Shown: positions 38,601 to 51,700 of the stretch, piece after piece
How positions within the stretch are numbered: position 1 is the first letter of the stretch
Layout of the letters: every line of letters starts with the position of its first letter
Origin: Eledone cirrhosa
Lineage: Eukaryota
Assembly (NCBI GenBank): GCA_964016885.1
Contig: OZ024743.1
Span: forward strand, 378,510,001-378,574,000
Length of the DNA stretch: 64,000 nt
Direction of reading: 5' to 3'
The notes under the pieces: model-generated
The model's database searches: none
What the model saw: only the letters and a program-made list of their open reading frames with translations
Told to the model about the DNA's origin: nothing
Translations under genes and position numbers: made by a program

Positions 38601-41600
38601 TTTAGAATAGGTATACTTGTATATCTGGTTTAGAATAGGTATACTGTATATCTGGTTTAGAATAGGTATACTGTATATCTGGTTTAGAATAGGTATATTG
38701 TATATCTGGTTTAGAATAGGTATACTGTATATCTGGTTTAGAATAGGTATACTGTATATCTGGTTTAGAATAGGTATACTGTATATCTGGTTTAGAATAG
38801 GTATACTGTATATCTGGTTTAGAATAGGTATACTGTATATCTGGTTTAGAATAGGTATATTGTATATCTGGTTTAGAATAGGTATACTTGTATATCTGGT
38901 TTAGAATAGGTATATTGTATATCTGGTTTAGAATAGGTATACTGTATATCTGGTTTAGAATAGGTATACTGTATATCTGGTTTAGAATAGGTATACTGTA
39001 TATCTGGTTTAGAATAGGTATACTGTATATCTGGTTTAGAATAGGTATATTGTATATCTGGTTTAGAATAGGTATATTGTATATCTGGTTTAGAATAGGT
39101 ATACTGTATATCTGGTTTAGAATAGGTATACTGTATATCTGGTTTAGAATAGGTATATTGTATATCTGGTTTAGAATAGGTATATTGTATATCTGGTTTA
39201 GAATAGGTATACTGTATATCTGGTTTAGAATAGGTATACTGTATATCTGGTTTAGAATAGGTATACTGTATATCTGGTTTAGAATAGGTATATTGTATAT
39301 CTGGTTTAGAATAGGTATACTGCTTGTATATCTGGTTTAGAATAGGTATATTGTATATCTGGTTTAGAATAGGTATATTGTATATCTGGTTTAGAATAGG
39401 TATACTGTATATCTGGTTTAGAATAGGTATACTGTATATCTGGTTTAGAATAGGTATATTGTATATCTGGTTAGAATAGGTATACTGTATATCTGGTTAG
39501 AATAGGTATATTGTATATCTGGTTTAGAATAGGTATATTGTATATCTGGTTTAGAATAGGTATATTGTATATCTGGTTTAGAATAGGTATATTGTATATC
39601 TGGTTTAGAATAGGTATACTGTATATCTGGTTTAGAATAGGTATATTGTGTATATCTGGTTTAGAATAGGTATATCTGTATATCTGGTTTAGAATAGGTA
39701 TATTGTATATCTGGTTTAGAATAGGTATATTGTATATCTGGTTTAGAAGAGGTATACTGTATATCTGGTTTAGAATAGGTATATTGTATATCTGGTTTAG
39801 AATAGGTATATTGTATATCTGGTTTAGAATAGGTATATTGTATATCTGGTTTAGAATAGGTATACTGTATATCTGGTTTAGAATAGGTATATTGTATATC
39901 TGGTTTAGAATAGGTATATTTGTATATCTGGTTTAGAATAGGTATATTGTATATCTGGTTTAGAATAGGTATACTGTATATCTGGTTAGAATATGTATAT
40001 TGTATATCTGGTTTAGAATAGGTATATTGTATATCTGGTTTAGAATAGGTATATTGTATATCTGGTTTAGAATAGGTATACTGTATATCTGGTTTAGAAT
40101 AGGTATACTGTATATCTGGTTTAGAATAGGTATATTGTATATCTGGTTTAGAATAGGTATATTGTAATATCTGGTTAGAATAGGTATACTGTATATCTGG
40201 TTTAGAATAGGTATACTGTATATCTGGTTTAGAATAGGTATACTTGTATATCTGGTTTAGAATAGGTATACTGTATATCTGGTTTAGAATAGGTATATTG
40301 TATATCTGGTTTAGAATAGGTATATTGTATATCTGTTTAGAATAGGTATACTGTATATCTGGTTTAGAATAGGTATATTGTATATCTGGTTTAGAATAGG
40401 TATATTGTATATCTGGTTTAGAATAGGTATATTGTATATCTGGTTTAGAATAGGTATACTGTATATCTGGTTTAGAATAGGTATACTGTATATCTGGTTT
40501 AGAATAGGTATAGTGTATATCTGGTTTAGAATAGGTATACTGTATATCTGGTTTAGAATAGGTATATTGTATATCTGGTTTAGAATAGGTATATTGTATA
40601 TCTGGTTTAGAATAGGTATACTGTATATCTGGTTTAGAATAGGTATATTGTATATCTGGTTAGAATAGGTATATTGTATATCTGGTTTAGAATAGGTATA
40701 TTGGTATATCTGGTTTAGAATAGGTATACTGTATATCTGGTTTAGAAATAGGTATACTGTATATCTGGTTTAGAATAGGTATATTGTATATCTGGTTTAG
40801 AATAGGTATACTGTATATCTGGTTTAGAATAGGTATACTGTATATCTGGTTTAGAATAGGTATATTGTATATCTGGTTTAGAATAGGTATACTGTATATC
40901 TGGTTTAGAATAGGTATACTGTATATCTGGTTTAGAATAGGTATACTGTATATCTGTTTAGAATAGGTATACTGTATATCTGGTTTAGAATAGGTATACT
41001 GTATATCTGGTTTAGAATAGGTATACTTGTATATCTGGTTAGAATAGGTATATTGTATATCTGGTTTAGAATAGGTATACTGTATATCTGGTTTAGAATA
41101 GGTATAGCTGTATATCTGGTTTAGAATAGGTATATTGTATATCTGGTTTAGAATAGGTATATTGTATATCTGGTTTAGAATAGGTATATTGTATATCTGG
41201 TTTAGAATAGGTATACTGTATATCTGGTTTAGAATAGGTATACTGTATATCTGGTTTAGAATAGGTATATTGTATATCTGGTTTAGAATAGGTATACTGT
41301 ATATCTGGTTTAGAAGAGGTATATTGTATATCTGGTTTAGAATAGGTATATTGTATATCTGGTTTAGAATAGGTATATTGTATATCTGGTTTAGAATAGG
41401 TATATTGTATATCTGGTTTAGAATAGGTATATTGTATATCTGGTTTAGAATAGGTATACTGTATATCGGGTTTAGAATAGGTATACTGTATATCTGGTTT
41501 AGAATAGGTATACTGTATATCTGGTTAGAATAGGTATATTGTATATCTGGTTTAGAATAGGTATATTGTATATCTGGTTAGAAGAGGTATATTGTATATC

Positions 41601-44600
41601 TGGTTTAGAATAGGTATATTGTATATCTGTTTAGAATAGTATATTGTATATCTGGTTTAGAATAGGTATACTGTATATCGTGGTTTAGAATAGGTATATG
41701 TATATCTGGTTAGAATAGGTATTAATCTGGTTTTAGAATAGGTATATGTATATCTGGTTAGAATAGGTATACTGTATTCTGGTTTAGAATAGGTATACTG
41801 TATATCTGGTTTAGAATAGGTATATTGTATATCTGGTTTAGAATAGGTATATTGTATATCTGGTTTAGAATAGGTATATTGTATATCTGGTTTAGAATAG
41901 GAATACTGTATATCTGGGTTAGAATAGGTATATTGTATATCTGGTTTAGAATAGGTATATTGTATATCTGGTTTAGAATAGGTATACTGTATATCTGGTT
42001 TAGAATAGGTATACTGTATATCTGGTTTAGAATAGGTATACTGTATATCTGGTTTAGAATAGGTATACTGTATATCGTTTAGAATAGGTATACTGTATAT
42101 CTGGTTTAGAATAGGTATACTGTATATCTGGTTTAGAATAGGTATATTGTATATCTGTGTTTAGAATAGGTAAATTGTATATCTGGTTTAGAATAGGTAT
42201 ACTGTATATCTGGTTTAGAATAGGTATATTGTATATCTGGTTTAGAATAGGTATATTGTATATCTGGTTTAGAATAGGTATACTGTATATCTGGTTTAGA
42301 ATAGGTATACTGTATATCTGGTTTAGAATAGGTATATTGTATATCTGGTTTAGAATAGGTATACTGTATATCTGGTTTAGAATAGGTATACTGTATATCT
42401 GGTTTAGAATAGGTATACTGTATATCTGGTTAGAATAGGTATAGTGTATATCTGGTTTAGAATAGGTATACTGTATATCTGGTTTAGGAATAGGTATATT
42501 GTATATCTGGTTTAGAATAGGTATATTGTATATCTGGTTTAGAATAGGTATACTGTATATCTGGTTTAGAATAGGTATATTGTATATCTGGTTTAGAATA
42601 GGCATATTGTATATCTGGTTTAGAATAGGTATATTGTATATCTGGTTTAGAATAGGTATACTGTATATCTGGTTTAGAATAGGTATACTGTATATCTGGT
42701 TTAGAATAGGTATATTGTATATCTGTTTAGAATAGGTATACTGTATATCTGGTTAGAATAGGTATATTGTATATCTGGTTTAGAATAGGTATATTGTATA
42801 TCTGGTTTAGAATAGGTATACTGTATATCTGGTTTAGAATAGGTATACTGTATATCTGGTTAGAATAGGTATACTGTATATCTGGTTTAGAATAGTATAC
42901 TGTATATCTGGTTTAGAATAGGTATATTGTATATCTGGTTTAGAATAGGTATAATGTATATCTGGTTTAGAATAGGTATACTGTATATCTGGTTTAGAAT
43001 AGGTTATGCTGTATATCTGGTTTAGAATAGGTATATTGTATATCTGGTTAGAATAGGTATATTGTATATCTGGTTTAGAATAGGTATATTGTATATCTGG
43101 TTTAGAATAGGTATACTGTATATCTGGTTTAGAATAGTATACTGTATATCTGGTTTAGAATAGGTATATTGTATATCTGGTTTAGAATAGTATACTGTAT
43201 ATCTGGTTTAGAAGAGGTATATTGTATATCTGGTTTAGAATAGGTATATTGTATATCTGTTTAGAATAGGTATATTGTATATCTGGTTTAGAATAGGTAT
43301 ACTGTATATCTGGTTTAGAATAGGTATATTGTATATCTGGTTTAGAATAGGTATACTGTATATCGGGTTTAGAATAGGTATACTGTATATCTGGTTTAGA
43401 TAGGTATATTGTATATCTGGTTTAGAATAGGTATATTGTATATCTGGTTTAGAATAGGTATATTGTATATCTGGTTTAGAAGAGGTATATTGTATATCTG
43501 GTTTAGAATAGGTATATTGTATATCTGCTTTAGAATAGGTATATTGTATATCTGGTTTAGAATAGGTATACTGTATATCGGGTTTAGAATAGGTATAATG
43601 TATATCTGGTTTAGAATAGGTATACTATATATCTGGTTTAGAATAGGTATACTGTATATCTGGTTTAGAATAGGTATACTGTATATCTGGTTTAGAATAG
43701 GTATACTGTATATCTGGTTTAGAATAGGTATATTGTATATCTGGTTTAGAATAGGTATATTGTATATCTGGTTTAGAATAGGTATACTGTATATCTGCGT
43801 TAGAATAGGTATATTGTATATCTGGTTTAGAATAGGTATATTGTATATCTGGTTTAGAATAGGTATACTGTATATCTGGTTAGAATAGGTATACTGTATA
43901 TCTGGTTTAGAATAGGTATATTGTATATCTGGTTTAGAATAGGTATACTGTATATCTCGTTTAGAATAGGTATACTGTATATCTGGTTTAGAATAGGTAT
44001 ACTGTATATCTGTTTAGAATAGGTATATTGTATATCTGGTTTAGAATAGTAAATTGTATATCTGGTTTAGAATAGGTATACTGTATATCTGGTTTAGAAT
44101 AGACATACTGTATATCTGGTTTAGAATAGGTATACTGTATATCTGGTTTTAGAATAGGTATACTGTATATCTGGTTTAGAATAGGTATATTGTATATCTG
44201 GTTTAGAATAGGTATATTGTATATCTGGTTTAGAATAGGTATATTGTATATCTGGTTTAGAATAGGTATATTGTATATCTGGTTTAGAATAGGTATACTG
44301 TATATCTGGGTTAGAATAGGTATATTGTATATCTGGTTTAGAATAGGTATATTGTATATCTGGTTTAGAATAGGTATACTGCATATCTGGTTAGAATAGG
44401 TATATTGTATATCTGGTTTAGAATAGGTATATTGTATATCTGGTTTAGAATAGGTATACTGTATATCTGGTTTAGAATAGGTATATTGTATATCTGGTTT
44501 AGAATAGGTATATTGTATATCTGGTTTAGAAGAGGTATATTGTATATCTGGTTTAGAATAGGTATACTGCATATCTGGTTTAGAATAGGTATATTGTATA

Positions 44601-47600
44601 TCTGGTTTAGAATAGGTATATTGTATATCTGGTTTAGAATAGGTATATTGTATATCTGGTTTAGAATAGGTATATTGTATATCTGGTTTAGAATAGGTAT
44701 ACTGTATATCTGGGTTAGAATAGGTATATTGTATATCTGGTTTAGAATAGGTATATTGTATATCTGGTTTAGAATAGGTATACTGCATATCTGGTTTAGA
44801 ATAGGTATATTGTATATCTGTTTAGAATAGGTATACTGTATATCTCGTTTAGAATAGGTATACTGTATATCTGGTTAGAATAGGTATACTGTATATCTGG
44901 TTTAGAATAGGTATATTGTATATCTGGTTTAGAATAGGTAAATTGTATATCTGGTTTAGAATAGGTATACTGTATATCTGGTTTAGAATAGGGATACTGT
45001 ATATCTGGATTAGAATATGTATATTGTATATCTGGTTTAGAATAGGTATATTGTATATCTGGTTTAGAATAGGTATACTGTATATCTGGTTTAGAATAGG
45101 CATACTGTATATCTGGTTTAGAATAGGTATACTGTATATCTGGTTTAGAATAGGTATACTGTATATCTGGTTTAGAATAGGTATATTGTATATCTGGTTT
45201 TAGAATAGGTATATTGTATATCTGGTTCAGAATAGGTATATTGTATATCTGGTTTAGAATAGGTATACTGTATATCTGGTTTAGAATAGGTATACTGTAT
45301 ATCTGGTTTAGAATAGGTATATTGTATATCTGGTTTAGAATAGGTATACTGTATATCTGGTTTAGAATAGGTATATTGTATATCTGGTTTAGAATAGGTA
45401 TACTGTATATCTGGTTTTAGAATAGGTATACTGTATATCTGGTTTAGAATAGGTATATTGTATATCTGGTTTAGAATAGGTATATTGTATATCTGGTTTA
45501 GAATAGGTATATTGTATATCTGGTTTAGAATAGGTATACTGTATATCTGGTTAGAATAGGTATATTGTATATCTGGTTTAGAATAGGTATATTGTATATC
45601 TGGTTTAGAATAGGTATACTGTATATCTGGTTTAGAATAGGTATACTGTATATCTGGTTAGAATAGGTATATTGTATATCTGTTTAGAATAGGTATACTG
45701 TATATCTCGTTTAGAATAGGTATAGTGTATATCTGTTTAGAATAGGTATACTGTATATCTGGTTTAGAATAGGTATATTGTATATCTGGTTTAGAATAGG
45801 TATACTGTATATCTGGTTTAGAATAGGTATATTGTATATCTGGTTTAGAATAGGTATATTGTATATCTGGTTTAGAATAGGTATACTGTATATCTGGTTT
45901 AGAATAGGTATACTGTATATCTGGTTTAGGAATAGGTATACTGTATATCTGGTTTAGAATAGGTATATTGTTATATCTGGTTTAGAATAGGTATATTGTA
46001 TATCTGGTTAGAATATGGTATACTGTATATCTGGTTTAGAATAGGTATGCTGTATATCTGATTTAGAATAGGTATATTGTATATCTGGTTAGAATAGGTA
46101 TATTGTATATCTGGTTTAGAATAGGTATACTGTATATCTGGTTTAGAATAGGTATACTGTATATCTGGTTTAGAATAGGTATACTGTATATCTGGTTTAG
46201 AATAGGTATACTGTATATCTGGTTTAGAAGAGGTATATTGTATACTGGTTTAGAATAGGTATACTGTATATCTGGTTTAGAATAGGTATACTGATATCTG
46301 GTTTAGAATAGGTATATTGTATATCTGCTTTAGAATAGGTATATTGTATATCTGGTTTAGAATAGTATACTGTATATCGGGTTTAGAATAGGTATAATGT
46401 ATATCTGGTTAGAATAGGTATACTATATATCTGGTTTAGAATAGGTATACTGTATATCTGGTTAGAATAGGTATACTGTATATCTGGTTTAGAATAGGTA
46501 TACTGTTATATCTGGTTTAGAATAGGTATATTGTATATCTGGTTTAGAAATAGGTATATTGTATATCTGGTTTAGAATAGGTATACTGTATATCTGCGTT
46601 AGAATAGGTATATTGTATATCTGGTTTAGAATAGGTATATTGTATATCTTGTTTAGAATAGGTATACTGTATATCTGGTTTAGAATAGGTATACTGTATA
46701 TCTGGTTTAGAATAGGTATATTGTATATCTGGTTTAGAATAGGTATACTGTATATCTCGGTTTAGAATAGGTATACTGTATATCTGGTTTAGAATAGGTA
46801 TACTGTATATCTGGTTAGAATAGGTATATTGTATATCTGGTTAGAATAGGTAAATTGTATATCTGGTTTAGATAGGTATACTGTATATCTGTTTAGAATA
46901 GACATACTGTATATCTGGTTTAGAATAGGTATACTGTATATCTGGTTTAGAATAGGTATACTGTATATCTGGTTTAGAATAGGTATATTGTATATCTGGT
47001 TTAGAATAGGTATATTGTATATCTGGTTTAGAATAGGTATATTGTATATCTGGTTTAGAATAGGTATATTGTATATCTGGTTTAGAATAGGTATACTGTA
47101 TATCTGGGTTAGATAGGTATATTGTATATCTGGTTTAGAATAGGTATATTGTATATCTGGTTTAGAATAGGTATACTGCATATCTGGTTTAGAATAGTAT
47201 ATTGTATATCTGGTTTAGAATAGGTATATTGTATATCTGGTTTAGAATAGGTATACTGTATATCTGTTTAGAATAGGTATATTGTATATCTGGTTTAGAA
47301 TAGGTATATTGTATATCTGGTTTAGAAGAGGTATATTGTATATCTGGTTTAGAATAGGTATACTGCATATCTGGTTTAGAATAGGTATATTGTATATCTG
47401 GTTTAGAATAGGTATATTGTATATCTGGTTTAGAATAGGTATATTGTATATCTGGTTTAGAATAGGTATATTGTATATCTGGTTTAGAATAGGTATACTT
47501 GTATATCTGGGTTAGAATAGGTATATTGTATATCAGGTTTAGAATAGGTATATTGTATATCTGGTTTAGAATAGGTATACTGCATATCTGGTTTAGAATA

Positions 47601-48710
47601 GGGTATATTGTATATCTGGTTTAGAATAGGTATACTGTATATCTCGTTTAGAATAGGTATACTGTATATCTGGTTTAGAATAGGTATACTGTATATCTGG
47701 TTTAGAATAGGTATATTGTATATCTGGTTTAGAATAGGTAAATTGTATATCTGGTTTAGAATAGGTATACTGTATATCTGGTTTAGAATAGGGATACTGT
47801 ATATCTGGATTAGAATATGTATATTGTATATCTGTTTAGAATAGGTATATTGTATATCTGGTTTAGAATAGGTATACTGTATATCTGGTTTAGAATAGGC
47901 ATACTGTTATATCTGGTTTAGAATAGGTATACTGTATATCTGGTTTAGAATAGGTATACTGTATATCTGGTTTAGAATAGGTATATTGTATATCTGGTTT
48001 AGAATAGGTATATTGTATATCTGGTTCAGATAGGTATATTGTATATCTGGTTTAGAATAGGTATACTGTATATCTGGTTTAGAATAGGTATACTGTATAT
48101 CTGGTTTAGAATAGGTATATTGTATATCTGGTTTAGAATAGGTATACTGTATATCTGGTTTAGAATAGGTATATTGTATATCTGGTTTAGAATAGGTATA
48201 CTGTATATCTGGTTTAGAATAGGTATACTGTATATCTGGTTTAGAATAGGTATATTGTATATCTGGTTTAGAATAGGTATATTGTATATCTGGTTAGAAT
48301 AGGTATATTGTATATCTGGGTTTAGAATAGGTATACTGTATATCTGGTTTAGAATAGTATATTGTATATCTGGTTAGAATAGGTATATTGTATATCTGGT
48401 TTAGAATAGGTATACTGTATATCTGGTTTAGAATAGGTATACTGTATATCTGGTTAGAATAGGTATATTGTATATCTGGTTTAGAATAGGTATACTGTAT
48501 ATCTCGTTTAGAATAGGTATAGTGTATATCTGGTTTAGAATAGGTATACTGTATATCTGGTTTAGAATAGGTATATTGTATATCTGGTTTAGAATAGGTA
48601 TACTGTATATCTGTTTAGAATAGGTATATTGTATATCTGGTTTAGAATAGGTATATTGTATATCTGGTTTAGAATAGGTATACTGTATATCTGGTTTAGA
48701 ATAGGTATAC
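29601..48710 (+). repeat. Satellite array B, forward arm: 27-bp monomer GGTATA[C/T]TGTATATCTGGTTTAGAATA, roughly 700 copies
   Basis: Directly visible 27-bp period (ACTGTATATCTGGTTTAGAATAGGTAT from 29601). One common C/T dimorphic site; 26-30% GC. Confidence 0.98.
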
Positions 48711-48718
48711 AATATACC
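48704..48718. other. Orientation-switch (fold-back) junction GGTATA-CAA-TATACC
   Basis: Sequence reads ...AGAATAGGTATAC|AATATACCTATTCT... TATAC at 48706-48710 can be read as part of either orientation, and no foreign bases are inserted. Confidence 0.95.
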
Positions 48719-48739
48719 TATTCTAAACCAGATATACAG

Positions 48740-51700
48740 TATACCTATTCTAAACCAGATATACAGTATACCTATTCTAAACCAGATATACAGTATACCT
48801 ATTCTAAACCAGATATACAATATACCTATTCTAAACCAGATATACAATATACCTATTCTAAACCAGATATACAGTATACCTATTCTAAACCAGATATACA
48901 ATATACCTATTCTAAACCAGATATACAGTATACCTATTCTAAACCAGATATACACTATACCTATTCTAAACGAGATATACAGTATACCTATTCTAAACCA
49001 GATATACAATATACCTATTCTAACCAGATATACAGTATACCTATTCTAAACCAGATATACAGTATACCTATTCTAAACCAGATATACAATATACCTATTC
49101 TAAACCAGATATACAATATACCTATTCTAAACCAGATATACAGTATACCTATTCTAAACCAGATATACAATATACCTATTCTAAACCAGATATACAATAT
49201 ACCTATTCTAAACCAGATATACAATATACCTATTCTAAACCAGATATACAGTATACCTATTCTAAACCAGATATACAGTATACCTATTCTAAACCAGATA
49301 TACAATATACCTATTCTAAACCAGATATACAGTATACCTATTCTAAACCAGATATACAATATACCTATTCTAAACCAGATATACAGTATACCTATTCTAA
49401 CCAGATATACAGTATACCTATTCTAAACCAGATATACAATATACCTATTCTGAACCAGATATACAATATACCTATTCTAAACCAGATATACAATATACCT
49501 ATTCTAAACCAGATATACAGTATACCTATTCTAAACCAGATATACAGTATACCTATTCTAAACCAGATATACAGTATGCCTATTCTAACCAGATATACAG
49601 TATACCTATTCTAAACCAGATATACAATATACCTATTCTAAACCAGATATACAATATACATATTCTAATCCAGATATACAGTATCCCTATTCTAAACCAG
49701 ATATACAGTATACCTATTCTAAACCAGATATACAATTTACCTATTCTAAACCAGATATACAATATACCTATTCTAAACCAGATATACAGTATACCTATTC
49801 TAAACCAGATATACAGTATACCTATTCTAAACGAGATATACAGTATACCTATTCTAAACCAGATATACAATATACCTATTCTAAACCAGATATGCAGTAT
49901 ACCTATTCTAAACCAGATATACAATATACCGTATTCTAAACCAGATATACAATATACCTATTCTAACCCAGATATACAGTATACCTATTCTAAACCAGAT
50001 ATACAATATACCTATTCTAAACCAGATATACAATATACCTATTCTAAACCAGATATACAATATACCTATTCTAAACCAGATATACAATATACCTATTCTA
50101 AACCAGATATGCAGTATACCTATTCTAAACCAGATATACAATATACCTCTTCTAAACCAGATATACAATATACCTATTCTAAACCAGATATACAATATAC
50201 CTATTCTAAACCAGATATACAGTATACCTATTCTAAACCAGATATACAATATACCTATTCTAAACCAGATATACAATATACCTATTCTAAACCAGATATG
50301 CAGTATACCTATTCTAAACCAGATATACAATATACCTATTCTAAACCAGATATACAATATACCTATTCTAACCCAGATATACAGTATACCTATTCTAAAC
50401 CAGATATACAATATACCTATTCTAAACCAGATATACAATATACCTATTCTAAACCAGATATACAATATACCTATTCTAAACCAGATATACAATATACCTA
50501 TTCTAAACCAGATATACAGTATACCTATTCTAAACCAGATATACAGTATACCTATTCTAAACCAGATATACAGTATGTCTATTCTAAACCAGATATACAG
50601 TATACCTATTCTAAACCAGATATACAATTTACCTATTCTAAACCAGATATACAATATACCTATTCTAAACCAGATATACAGTATACCTATTCTAAACCAG
50701 ATATACAGTATACCTATTCTAAACGAGATATACAGTATACCTATTCTAAACCAGATATACAATATACCTATTCTAAACCAGATATACAGTATACCTATTC
50801 TAAACCAGATATACAGTATACCTATTCTAAACCAGATATACAATATACCTATTCTAAACCAGATATACAATATACCTATTCTAACGCAGATATACAGTAT
50901 ACCTATTCTAAACCAGATATACAATATACCTATTCTAAACCAGATATACAATATACCTATTCTAAACCAGATATACAGTATACCTATTCTAAACCAGATA
51001 TACAGTATACCTATTCTAAACCAGATATACAGTATACCTATTCTAAACCAGATATATAGTATACCTATTCTAAACCAGATATACATTATACCTATTCTAA
51101 ACCCGATATACAGTATACCTATTCTAAACCAGATATACAATATACCTATTCTAAAGCAGATATACAATATACCTATTCTAAACCAGATATACAGTATACC
51201 TATTCTAAACCAGATATACAGTATACCTATTCTAACCAGATATACAATATACCTCTTCTAAACCAGATATACAGTATACCTATTCTAAACCAGATATACA
51301 GTATACCTATTCTAAACCAGATATACAGTATACCTATTCTAAACCAGATATACAGTATACCTATTCTAAACCAGATATACAATATACCTATTCTAAACCA
51401 GATATACAATATACCTATTCTAAATCAGATATACAGCATACCTATTCTAAACCAGATATACAGTATACCTATTCTAAACCAGATATACAATATACCTATT
51501 CTAAACCAGATATACAATATACCTATTCTAAACCAGATATACAGTATACCTATTCTAAACCAGATATACAGTATACCTATTCTAAACCAGATATACAGTA
51601 TACCTATTCTAAACCAGATATACAATATACCTATTCTAAACCAGATATACAATATACCTATTCTAAACCAGATATACAGTATACCTATTCTAAACCAGAT

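Noticed and set aside
29601-39450. C/T monomer order as an information-bearing binary code
   Set aside because: Interspersed variant repeats are normal in minisatellites and satellites. I detected no framing or period by eye, and this zone may be a consensus artefact.
48428-49426. Apparent chimeric two-domain ORFs crossing 48711
   Set aside because: They are read-through across the inversion junction from one repeat frame into the antisense frame.
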